From: Alphaproteobacteria bacterium
GTDB lineage: Bacteria > Pseudomonadota > Alphaproteobacteria > UBA828
Direction of reading: 5' to 3'
NCBI GenBank assembly: GCA_963422645.2
Contig: CAXXVO010000008.1
Coordinates: forward strand, 1-64,000
DNA: 64,000 nt
In this document: positions 51,829-64,000 of the stretch, one piece after another
Layout of the letters: each line of letters starts with the position of its first letter
How positions within the stretch are numbered: the stretch's first letter is position 1
Program-made: the position numbers and the translations under genes
Notes under the pieces: generated by a model
What the model saw: the letters and a program-made list of their open reading frames with translations, nothing else
What the model was told of the DNA's origin: nothing
Databases searched by the model: none

Positions 51829-52107
51829 TCAGCCCCGCCGCGCCCTCTTGTCGCCGGCATGGCCGTGGAAGACCCGCGTCGGCGAGAACTCGCCGAACTT
51901 GTGGCCCACCATGTTCTCGTTGACCAACACGGGCAGGAACTTGCGACCGTTATAGACGCCGAAAGTGAGGCCCACAAACTGCGGCAGGATCGTGGACCGC
52001 CGCGACCAGGTGCGGATGATATCCTTGCGCCCACTTGCCCGCGCCTCTTCGGCCTTCTTGAGAAGATAGCCGTCGACGAAGGGACCCTTCCATACGGAAC
52101 GCGCCAT
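51829..52107 (-). CDS. rpsS: 30S ribosomal protein S19
   Basis: [10 protein letters not shown] and MVGHKFGEF motifs. Confidence 0.97.
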   Translation of the reverse strand: MARSVWKGPFVDGYLLKKAEEARASGRKDIIRTWSRRSTILPQFVGLTFGVYNGRKFLPVLVNENMVGHKFGEFSPTRVFHGHAGDKRARRG

Positions 52108-52122
52108 CGACTGTCTCCCGCC

Positions 52123-52950
52123 CTACTTCTTGCCCCGACGCCGCATGATGAAGCGGTCGGTTCTCTTGTTGCTTCGCGTGCGCTTGCCCTTGGTGGGCAC
52201 ACCCCAAGGAGTGACCGGGTGCCGCCCGCCCGAGGACTTGCCTTCGCCGCCGCCGTGGGGATGGTCCACCGGGTTCATGGCGACGCCGCGCACCTTGGGC
52301 CGCCGGCCCTTCCAGCGCATGCGGCCGGCCTTGCCCTGGTTGGTATTCTGATTGTCCTGGTTGGAGACTGCGCCGATGGTGGCCATACATCGGGCATGGA
52401 CCACGCGCTGCTCGCCCGACGGCAGCCGGAGCTGAGCGTAGCCCTGGTCCTTGCCGACCAGCTGCACGTAGTTGCCGGCTGAGCGAGCGATCTGGCCGCC
52501 CTTCCCCGGCTTCATCTCGACATTGTGGATGATCGTGCCGACGGGAATGTTGCTCATCGGCATCGCGTTGCCGGGCTTGATGTCGCAGCGCTCGCCGGAG
52601 ACCACCTTGTCGCCCGGCGAGACCCGCTGCGGGGCAAGGATGTAGGCCTGCTCGCCGTCCTCGTAGCGGATCAGCGCGATGAAAGCCGAGCGGTTGGGGT
52701 CGTACTCGAGCCGCTCCACGGTCGCCGACACATCGAACTTGCGCCGCTTGAAGTCGATCACGCGGTAGCGGCGCTTATGCCCGCCGCCGCGGTGGCGCAT
52801 GGTGATGCGGCCGTCGCTGTTGCGCCCGCCCTTCTGGCTGAGGCCCTCGGTCAGCGCCTTGACCGGCTTGCCCTTCCAGAGATCGGAGCGGTCCACCAGG
52901 ACGAGCTGGCGGCGCCCCGGCGTGGTCGGCCTGTAGTGTTTGAGAGCCAT
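52123..52950 (-). CDS. rplB: 50S ribosomal protein L2
   Basis: EYDPNRSA and [13 protein letters not shown] motifs. Confidence 0.98.
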   Translation of the reverse strand: MALKHYRPTTPGRRQLVLVDRSDLWKGKPVKALTEGLSQKGGRNSDGRITMRHRGGGHKRRYRVIDFKRRKFDVSATVERLEYDPNRSAFIALIRYEDGEQAYILAPQRVSPGDKVVSGERCDIKPGNAMPMSNIPVGTIIHNVEMKPGKGGQIARSAGNYVQLVGKDQGYAQLRLPSGEQRVVHARCMATIGAVSNQDNQNTNQGKAGRMRWKGRRPKVRGVAMNPVDHPHGGGEGKSSGGRHPVTPWGVPTKGKRTRSNKRTDRFIMRRRGKK

Positions 52951-52953
52951 CGT

Positions 52954-53259
52954 CTAGAGCCCGGTCATCACGTCGATCGTATCGCCTTCGCCGAGCGATA
53001 CGGTTGCCTTCTTCCAATCCGAGCGCTTGCCCAGCCGGCCGCCGCGGCCGCGCTTGACCTTGCCCTTGACCAGAATGGTATTGACCTTCTTCACCTTGAC
53101 CTCGAACAGCCCTTCCACGGCTTCCTTGATCTGAGGCTTGGTCGCGTCGGTACGCACCTTGAAGGTGACCTGGTTGTACTCCGAGCCCTGGGTCGACTTC
53201 TCGGTCACCACCGGGCCGAGAATCATGTCGTACCAGCGCTCTTTGGGCTCGACGCTCAT
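52954..53259 (-). CDS. rplW: 50S ribosomal protein L23
   Basis: PVVTEKS and KKA.V.L motifs. Confidence 0.96.
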   Translation of the reverse strand: MSVEPKERWYDMILGPVVTEKSTQGSEYNQVTFKVRTDATKPQIKEAVEGLFEVKVKKVNTILVKGKVKRGRGGRLGKRSDWKKATVSLGEGDTIDVMTGL

Positions 53260-53876
53260 GCGAGCCTCGCCTGCAGGCTTTCCACCGCGCTCCGGGTCAG
53301 CACCAGGCGGTCGCGGCGAAGGATGTCGTAGACATTGGCGCCCAACTGGGGAAGCACCTGAACCTCGGTCAGATTCTGCGCGGCGCGGGCGAAGCCGGCA
53401 TCGACCTCGTCGCCGTCGATGACCAGCGCAGACGACCAGCCCAGGCGCGCGATGCGATCGGCGAGCACCCGGGCCTTGGCCGAACCGAGATCAAGGGAAT
53501 CGACGATCGAGAGCTTGCCATCCGCCTGTTTGGCCGAGAGCGCGGACTTGAGCGCGAGCTTGCGCACCTTCTTCGGCAGCTTGTGCGCATGGTCGCGCAG
53601 CTGGGGGCCGAAGATCGCCACGCCGCCCCGATGGTGCGCTGCGCGGCGAGAGCCTTGGCGGGCGCGGCCCGTGCCCTTCTGCTTGAAGGGCTTGCGGGTC
53701 GATCCGCGAAGCTCCGCCACCGTCTTGGTCTTGTGCGTGCCGGCACGGCGCTTGGCGAGCTGCCAGCGCACGGTGCGGTGCATCAGGTCGGGCCGCACGG
53801 CCACGCCGAACACCTCGTCGGCGAGCTCGATCTCGCCGACGCGCTTGGCCTTGAGGTCGGTGACGTCGACCTTCAC
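53256..53876 (-). CDS. rplD: 50S ribosomal protein L4
   Basis: [10 protein letters not shown] motif. Confidence 0.97.
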   Translation of the reverse strand: MKVDVTDLKAKRVGEIELADEVFGVAVRPDLMHRTVRWQLAKRRAGTHKTKTVAELRGSTRKPFKQKGTGRARQGSRRAAHHRGGVAIFGPQLRDHAHKLPKKVRKLALKSALSAKQADGKLSIVDSLDLGSAKARVLADRIARLGWSSALVIDGDEVDAGFARAAQNLTEVQVLPQLGANVYDILRRDRLVLTRSAVESLQARLA

Positions 53877-54658
53877 GAGGTCTCCTCCTCGTCGCCGTCG
53901 GCGCCGGTTTCGTCTTCCGCCTCGGCGGCGGGAGCCTCATTCTCAGGCTCCGGCTCCGATTGCTCCAGAAGCCCTGCCGGGAAAGGCACATCCTCCGGCA
54001 AGCTGCGCTTCTTCGCGTCCGACAACAGGACGACGCCGCCCTTCGGGCCAGGGACGCCGCCCTTGACCATGATCAGGCCGCGCACCGCATCCGTCGCCAC
54101 CACCTCGAGGTTCTGCACGGTCGCGCGCGCATTCCCCAGATGGCCCGCCATCTTCTTGCCCTTGAAGACCTTGCCGGGGTCCTGGCACTGGCCGGTCGAG
54201 CCGTGGGCGCGGTGCGAAACCGACACGCCGTGGCTCGCGCGCAGACCCGAGAAGTTGTGCCGCTTCATGCTGCCGGCGAAGCCCTTGCCGATGGAGGTGC
54301 CGACCGCATCGACGAACTGGCCGGCGGCGAAGTGTTCGGCGCCGAGCGTGGCGCCCACATCCACCAGCGCATCCTCGCTCACGCGGAACTCGACAACGTG
54401 GCGCTTGGGCTCGACCTTTGACTTGGCGAAGTGGCCGCGCTGGGCGCGGGAGGTGTTCTTGACCTTGACCCGGCCCGCGCCGAGCTGAAGCGCGACATAG
54501 CCGCCCGCATCGGGGGTCCGCTGCGCGATGACCTGGCAACCGTCAACGCGCAGCACGGTCACCGGCACATGCTCGCCGGCGTCGTCGAAGACGCGCGACA
54601 TGCCGAGCTTTTCGGTGATCACGCCCGTGCGCCTGCGCGCTGCTGCCTGGCCGGCCAT
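53873..54658 (-). CDS. rplC: 50S ribosomal protein L3
   Basis: GKGFAG and [18 protein letters not shown] motifs. Confidence 0.97.
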   Translation of the reverse strand: MAGQAAARRRTGVITEKLGMSRVFDDAGEHVPVTVLRVDGCQVIAQRTPDAGGYVALQLGAGRVKVKNTSRAQRGHFAKSKVEPKRHVVEFRVSEDALVDVGATLGAEHFAAGQFVDAVGTSIGKGFAGSMKRHNFSGLRASHGVSVSHRAHGSTGQCQDPGKVFKGKKMAGHLGNARATVQNLEVVATDAVRGLIMVKGGVPGPKGGVVLLSDAKKRSLPEDVPFPAGLLEQSEPEPENEAPAAEAEDETGADGDEEETS

Positions 54659-54667
54659 GACGCCCTC

Positions 54668-54982
<315 letters not shown>

Positions 54983-55019
54983 TGTGCGTGCCCGGCCTCT
55001 TGTCCGCCTCGGTTAAGCT

Positions 55020-56210
<1,191 letters not shown>

Positions 56211-56250
56211 CGGTGCTCTCTCTCAGAGTGTTCTTGTCGCGGCTACGCGG

Positions 56251-58326
<2,076 letters not shown>

Positions 58327-58356
58327 GATCTTTTTCTTGTCCGCGAACGCCTGCGC

Positions 58357-58848
<492 letters not shown>

Positions 58849-59220
58849 CTATTTCGGCCGTTTGGCGCCGTACTTGGAGCGACGCTGGCGGCGGTCCTGG
58901 ATGCCCTGGGTGTCGAGCAAGCCGCGAATGATGTGATAGCGCACGCCCGGCAGGTCCTTCACCCGCCCGCCGCGAATCATCACCACCGAATGCTCCTGGA
59001 GGTTGTGCCCCTCGCCGGGGATGTAGCTCGTCACCTCGAAGCCGTTGGTGAGTCGCACGCGCGCAACCTTGCGCAGCGCCGAGTTCGGCTTCTTCGGCGT
59101 CGTCGTGTAGACCCGGGTACACACGCCGCGCTTCTGCGGGCAGGCCTGCAGCGCCGGCACCTTGTTGCGGGTAGCAGGCGCCGTGCGCGGCTTGCGAATC
59201 AGTTGGTTGATCGTCGGCAT
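58849..59220 (-). CDS. rpsL: 30S ribosomal protein S12
   Basis: MPTINQL and PKKPNSA motifs. Confidence 0.98.
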   Translation of the reverse strand: MPTINQLIRKPRTAPATRNKVPALQACPQKRGVCTRVYTTTPKKPNSALRKVARVRLTNGFEVTSYIPGEGHNLQEHSVVMIRGGRVKDLPGVRYHIIRGLLDTQGIQDRRQRRSKYGAKRPK

Positions 59221-59399
59221 CGCGGCGGTTCCAAATTCAACAGCTAGTGCGGCGCGTGCAGGTGGACCCGGACAAGCGAAACTGAGCCGCTTCCCCGCCG
59301 CCGGCCTGCGCCGACACATCGGAAACTCTCTCGATCCCAAGGCTTAGCAACAGGCACCCAGAGGCGCACCGACAAGCCCCGTCAGCAAGAAGGTGGCGC

Positions 59400-59428
59400 A
59401 TCCTAGTGACGAGCCTACCCACCGTCAA
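59400..59428 (-). promoter_or_regulatory. Putative sigma70 promoter of the str operon
   Basis: TTGACG-17 nt-TAGGAT upstream of rpsL. Confidence 0.65.
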
Positions 59429-59535
59429 GCGGCAAGAATGGCCAAATTCGTAAGAAATTCCCTAGAGAATAGCGGGCCGGCTGAAGCCCGGGCGTGTATC
59501 GTAGCACGGGCATCAGCCGGTGCGGAGAAGCCTGT

Positions 59536-60798
59536 ATGAACGTCTTGGTCGTGGGCTCGGGTGGGCGCGAGCATGCCCTCTGCTGGCAGCTGGCTGCGTC
59601 GCCGCTGCTGGGAGCGCTCTGGTGCGCGCCGGGGAACGCGGGCATCGAGAACGAGGCGACCTGCGTTGCGCTCGACCCCATGGATTTCGACCGGTTGGTT
59701 GCGTTCTGCCGCGAGCAGGCGATCGACCTGGTCGTGGTGGGGCCGGAGGCGCCGCTCTGCGCAGGTCTGGTCGACCGGCTGGAGGCCGAGGACATCGCCG
59801 CCTTCGGCCCGCGCGCGGGCGCCGCACGGATCGAGGGCTCCAAGGGCTTCATGAAGGACCTCTGCGCACGCTGCGACGTGCCGACTGCTGCCTATCGGCG
59901 GATCGCGTCGCTCGCGGAGGCCGAGGCGTTCATCGCCGAGCTGGGCGCACCCTTGGTGGTCAAGGCAGACGGGCTCGCCGCCGGCAAGGGTGTCGTGCTC
60001 GCTGAGACCGAGGCCGAAGCCCTCGATGCCGCGCAGGCGGCGCTGGGCGGCGCCTTCGGCGAGGCCGGCGCCGCGCTCGTGATCGAGGAGATGCTGGTCG
60101 GCGAGGAGGCGAGCTACTTCGCCCTGGTCGACGGCGAGACCGTGCTTCCGCTGGAGACGGCGCAGGACCACAAGGCGGTGGGCGAGGGCGATACCGGGCC
60201 CAACACCGGCGGCATGGGCGCCTATTCGCCGGCGCCCGCGATGACCCCGGCGCTCTGCGAGGAGACGCGGACAGGCATCGTCGAGCCGCTCGTGCGCGGC
60301 CTGGCGGCGGAGGGGGTGCCCTACACAGGCGTCTTCTACGCCGGGCTGATACTCACCGCCGATGGGCCGAAGCTGCTGGAGGTCAATGCCCGCTTCGGCG
60401 ATCCGGAATGCCAAGTGCTCATGCCCCGGCTCAAGTCCGATCTGCTGGCTGCGCTGGTGGCGGCGCACGATGGCGAGCTCAAGGAGTTCGACCTGCGCTG
60501 GCGCGATGAGGCCGCGCTTTGCGTGGTGCTCGCCACGCGAGGCTATCCGGGCGCCTATGAGAAGGGCAGCGTGATCCGCGGCATCGAAGCAGCAGACGAC
60601 CTCGACGACGCGATGGTGTTTCACGCGGGAACGGCGCGCACCGATGCCGGCGTCGTCGCCGCGGGTGGGCGTGTGCTTGGTGTAACGGCGCTGGGCGCGG
60701 GTGTCGCCGCGGCTCAGAGCCGCGCTTACGAGGCTGTCGGGCACATCGACTGGCCCGAGGGTTTCTGCCGCCGAGACATCGGCTGGCGGGCGGTCTGA
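59536..60798 (+). CDS. purD: Phosphoribosylamine--glycine ligase
   Basis: [19 protein letters not shown] and [10 protein letters not shown] motifs. Confidence 0.97.
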   Translation: MNVLVVGSGGREHALCWQLAASPLLGALWCAPGNAGIENEATCVALDPMDFDRLVAFCREQAIDLVVVGPEAPLCAGLVDRLEAEDIAAFGPRAGAARIEGSKGFMKDLCARCDVPTAAYRRIASLAEAEAFIAELGAPLVVKADGLAAGKGVVLAETEAEALDAAQAALGGAFGEAGAALVIEEMLVGEEASYFALVDGETVLPLETAQDHKAVGEGDTGPNTGGMGAYSPAPAMTPALCEETRTGIVEPLVRGLAAEGVPYTGVFYAGLILTADGPKLLEVNARFGDPECQVLMPRLKSDLLAALVAAHDGELKEFDLRWRDEAALCVVLATRGYPGAYEKGSVIRGIEAADDLDDAMVFHAGTARTDAGVVAAGGRVLGVTALGAGVAAAQSRAYEAVGHIDWPEGFCRRDIGWRAV

Positions 60799-60847
60799 AG
60801 CCAAGCGACTCCTTGGCGAACCGCAGCGCGGCCCTATAATCAAATAA

Positions 60848-61645
60848 ATGACCAACGAAAACCGCCCGCTTGAAAGCCAACACCCGGCGCGGACGCGCGC
60901 GCCGCAGGGTGGCGGTCTCAAGTTTCTGGGCGTGACCCCGCTCCGCCACTGCCCCTACCTGCCGGGGCGTCTGGAGCGCTCGATCGTCACCCCGCTCGCG
61001 GGCCCCCGTGCCGAGACCGCTTACGACGAGATGCTGCGTGGAGGCTTCCGCCGAAGCCACCTTGGCGCCTACCGCCCGGCTTGCCCCGGCTGCCGGGCCT
61101 GCGTCTCCGCACGGGTGCGTGCCGACGCGTTCGTGCCGAGCCGCTCGCTCCGCCGGGTCAGCGCGCGCAACGCGGGAATCACGCTCAACGTGCTGCCGGC
61201 TCTGGCGCGACCCGATCACTACACCCTGTTCAGGCGCTATCTGGCGGCACGGCACCCCGACGGCACCATGGCGGCCATGGGACGCGAGGGCTACGGCGCG
61301 CTCGTCGAGGAGAGTGCGGTCGAGACCCGCCTCGCCGAGTTCCGCAGCCCCGGCGGAGGGCTCTACGGCGTCTGCGTGTTCGATGTCGTCGCCGACGGGC
61401 TGTCGGCGGTGTATTCCTTTTATGAACCCACGCGGGTCAAGGACAGTCCGGGCAGCTACATGATCCTCAGGCTCGTGGAAGAGGCGCGCGCGCAAGCGCT
61501 GCCCTACCTCTATCTCGGCTACTGGATCGACGGTTGCGACAAGATGGACTACAAGGCCCGCTTTCGCCCGCTCGAGGTGCACGGCCCGAAGGGCTGGACC
61601 ATCCTGGACGCCCGACCGGATGGTCGGGGCGTCTCGGATCATTGA
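60848..61645 (+). CDS. bpt: Aminoacyl-tRNA--protein transferase (ATE-like/Bpt)
   Basis: CPYLPG, GFRRS..YRP.C..C and YLYLGYWI..KM.YK motifs. Confidence 0.88.
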   Translation: MTNENRPLESQHPARTRAPQGGGLKFLGVTPLRHCPYLPGRLERSIVTPLAGPRAETAYDEMLRGGFRRSHLGAYRPACPGCRACVSARVRADAFVPSRSLRRVSARNAGITLNVLPALARPDHYTLFRRYLAARHPDGTMAAMGREGYGALVEESAVETRLAEFRSPGGGLYGVCVFDVVADGLSAVYSFYEPTRVKDSPGSYMILRLVEEARAQALPYLYLGYWIDGCDKMDYKARFRPLEVHGPKGWTILDARPDGRGVSDH

Positions 61646-61673
61646 CCCGAACCATCGAAGGGAGACCAAGGAC

Positions 61674-62747
61674 ATGAGCACGAAGATCGGACGACGCAGC
61701 CTTCTCAAGGGAACGGCCATCGCCGGAGCCGCCGTGGCGGCCGCAGCGGCATCGAACTTTCCCGCCCCCGCCGTCTCGCAGGGCAAGATTCAGCTCAAGC
61801 TGGCCACCTCCTGGCCCAAGCAATTCCCCGGCCTCGGCACCGGCGCGCAACGGCTCGCCGATCGCATCACCAATGCGACCGAGGGACGGATCGAGGTCAA
61901 GCACTACGGCGGCGGCGAGCTGGTGCCGCCTCTCGGCTGCTTCGACGCGGTCTCGGAGGGCGCCGCGGACATGTACCACTCCGCCGAGTACTACTGGCAG
62001 GGCAAGTCCAAAGCCTTCAACTTCTTCGCGACCGTCCCCTTCGGGCTGACCGCGGACGAGGTCAACGCCTGGATCTACCACGCGGGCGGGCAGGAGCTCT
62101 GGGACGAGCTCGGCGCCGACTTCAATGTGAAGCCACTGATGGCCGGCAACACCGGCGTCCAGTGGGGCGGGTGGTTCAACAAGGAGATGAACTCGCTCGA
62201 GGACTACAAGGGCCTCAAGATGCGCATGCCGGGCCTCGGCGGCGAGGTGCTGCGCCGCGTCGGCGCGAACGCCCTGCTGCTGCCGGGCGGCGAGATCTAT
62301 CCGGCGCTCGAGGCCGGCACGATCGACGCCACCGAATGGGTGGGGCCGTGGAACGACCTCGCCTTCGGGTTCTACAAGATCACCAAGTACTACTACTGGC
62401 CCGGCTTCCACGAGCCCGGCACGATCCTCACCTGCGGCATCAACCGGGGCGTGTGGGAAAGCTTGAGCGCCGCGGACCAGAGCCTGATCGAGAGCTGCTG
62501 CGCAGCCGACAACGCGACCATGCTGGCAGAGTTCAACGCACGCAACGCGGGAGCGCTCGACACGCTCATCAACGAGCACGGCGTGCAGGTGCGGCAGGTA
62601 TCGGACGAGATGTTGAAGGCACTCGGAGAACAGTCGGCTGAGGTGGTCGCCGAAGTCGGCGCCGAGGGCGGAATCACGCAACGCGTCTACGAGAGCTTCA
62701 GCAACTTCCGCAAGACGGCGATATCCTCAGACTTCCTGACCTCGTGA
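61674..62747 (+). CDS. TRAP transporter substrate-binding protein (TakP/DctP-like) with Tat signal; C-terminus probably clipped by an IS
   Basis: RRSLLK twin-Arg, GNTGVQWGGWF, LKMRMPG and EWVGP motifs. The last codons run into the IS end. Confidence 0.85.
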   Translation: MSTKIGRRSLLKGTAIAGAAVAAAAASNFPAPAVSQGKIQLKLATSWPKQFPGLGTGAQRLADRITNATEGRIEVKHYGGGELVPPLGCFDAVSEGAADMYHSAEYYWQGKSKAFNFFATVPFGLTADEVNAWIYHAGGQELWDELGADFNVKPLMAGNTGVQWGGWFNKEMNSLEDYKGLKMRMPGLGGEVLRRVGANALLLPGGEIYPALEAGTIDATEWVGPWNDLAFGFYKITKYYYWPGFHEPGTILTCGINRGVWESLSAADQSLIESCCAADNATMLAEFNARNAGALDTLINEHGVQVRQVSDEMLKALGEQSAEVVAEVGAEGGITQRVYESFSNFRKTAISSDFLTS

Positions 62748-64000
62748 TGCTGGCTGTTCTGGGCAGCGTGCCGGGAACTCCTTGAATTCTGATACATTTC
62801 GGTTGTTTCAGGCGGTTTTTCGCTGGGTGTCGCGCCCGAGGTCTGATAGTATAATTTGATACCAATTGCACGGTCTCAACCATGCCCAGTACCCTCCCAA
62901 TGTGCCCTCCAGAGGCGGTCTCGATCGGCAACAGCTGCTTCGCCGTCCTGATCTCGGACGACACCTTCACCTACTTTTCCAACCTCATTCCCTTTGACAG
63001 CCACGCCGCCGATGACCGCACGGCCATGCTCTTGCGGATCGGCCGCCTCGCGGCGATCAGCGCGGTCTCGCCGCAGGAACTGGCTGACGCTTTCGCTGTC
63101 TCGCGCGCGACGGTGCAGCGCGCACGACGGCGCTACCTGGCCGAGGGCGAAGCGGGGTTCATGAAGCCCCGGCGCGGTCGCGGGCCGTCGGTGTTCACTC
63201 CGGAGTTGGCGGAGAAGGCGACGGCGTTGCTGGCATCGGGCCTGAGCGGCTCTGCGGCGGCCCGGGTTCTCGGCGTGTCAGCGCCATCGGTCAACAAGTG
63301 GCGCCGTCAGGGACTGATCGGCAACACGGAGGCGGATGGGGAGCCCGGACGCTCAGCGCTGGCTGCGCCGCCTGACGCGGGTGCGGCTCCTGAAGGCCGT
63401 GTCGATGAAGAGAGTACCGGTGCCCCGGGGCCGGAGACGGCGCCGGGGCTGGAAGCGCAGCCGCAAACGGATCGCAGCGCGCGCGATCGGCGGGACCGGC
63501 AGGCGCCGATGGGGCGTGCGACTTGCGATGTTCCGGCTCGGGTTCTGGCCAGTTGTGGACAGGCGGGGCCGGTCGAACCGCAGTTCGCCGCCGCCGCCCG
63601 CGGTGTCCGCTTCGGCGGCGTGCTCGCCGCCCTGCCGGCCCTGCTGAAGGAAGGTCTTCTCTCCGAGACCGGTCTCCTGCCATTGCTGCCGAAGGGCTAT
63701 TACGGCTTGCCTACGATCCTGCTCTTCCTGGCCTTCATGACCTTGGCGCGGGTGCGCAACCCCGAGAGCCTGCGCTACCAGGCGCCGGGCGAATGGGGCG
63801 CCATTCTCGGCCTCGATCGCTGCCCCGAGGTCAAGACGCTGCGCCGCAAGATCGCTCTCATCGCCGACGACGAGGCCGGCGTGCGGGCGTGGCAGCTCGC
63901 CCTTGCCAGGCGCTGGCAGGCGCCGACGAGCCGGAGCTCTGGGCGACGCTGGCCATCGACGGGCACGTCAAGGTCTACTCCGGCCGCAAGGGGCGCTTGC
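62725..64000 (+). mobile_element. IS element (unclassified family), continues beyond the window
   Basis: Sharp drop in GC after 62725 (TCAGACTTCCTGA...), followed by a transposase-like ORF. Boundary approximate. Confidence 0.65.
62882..64000 (+). CDS. Putative transposase, partial; absent from the ORF track; apparent frameshift near 63920
   Basis: HTH (AVSRATVQRA), GGVLAALPALL and GLDRCPEVKTLRRK in the ATG frame; AIDGHVKVYSG (catalytic D) in a shifted frame. Confidence 0.75.
   Translation, partial: MPSTLPMCPPEAVSIGNSCFAVLISDDTFTYFSNLIPFDSHAADDRTAMLLRIGRLAAISAVSPQELADAFAVSRATVQRARRRYLAEGEAGFMKPRRGRGPSVFTPELAEKATALLASGLSGSAAARVLGVSAPSVNKWRRQGLIGNTEADGEPGRSALAAPPDAGAAPEGRVDEESTGAPGPETAPGLEAQPQTDRSARDRRDRQAPMGRATCDVPARVLASCGQAGPVEPQFAAAARGVRFGGVLAALPALLKEGLLSETGLLPLLPKGYYGLPTILLFLAFMTLARVRNPESLRYQAPGEWGAILGLDRCPEVKTLRRKIALIADDEAGVRAWQLALARRWQAPTSRSSGRRWPSTGTSRSTPAARGAC

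Noticed and set aside
60848-61645. Eukaryote-like arginyltransferase as horizontal transfer
   Set aside because: ATE-like Bpt proteins are ordinary in Proteobacteria.

Overview
This is a GC-rich alphaproteobacterial chromosome segment (tRNA-Met and ribosomal proteins look Rhodospirillales-like; inferred), densely invaded by mobile DNA. Core regions: str/S10/spc ribosomal protein cluster (rpsL to secY-adk, 43.6-59.2 kb), polA, purD, a bpt/ate-family transferase and tRNA-Met. Catabolic genes: an orphan aromatic monooxygenase beta subunit with beta-oxidation genes, a hydantoinase A/B operon, and a cobalt-type nitrile hydratase whose beta subunit is split into two genes. Mobile DNA: two inverted copies of a frameshifted IS66 (one inside an amino-acid-binding protein gene, with an 8-bp TSD); a related IS66 carrying a DNA adenine methyltransferase; an IS110 inside a thiolase; a Mu-like prophage remnant; tandem tyrosine recombinases; and an IS at the right edge. 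The two strongest candidates for novelty are: (1) a 5.2-kb TG...CA transposon encoding a DDE transposase, an ExeA-like ATPase, a RepA-like helicase and a Toprim primase, with an origin-like inverted repeat and a second partial copy; (2) a Mu gp30/MuF protein with a C-terminal nuclease-like domain, followed directly by a convergent, promoter-equipped, tRNA-like 69-nt structure (candidate RNA antitoxin). All family calls come from motif recognition by eye; no database searches were run.
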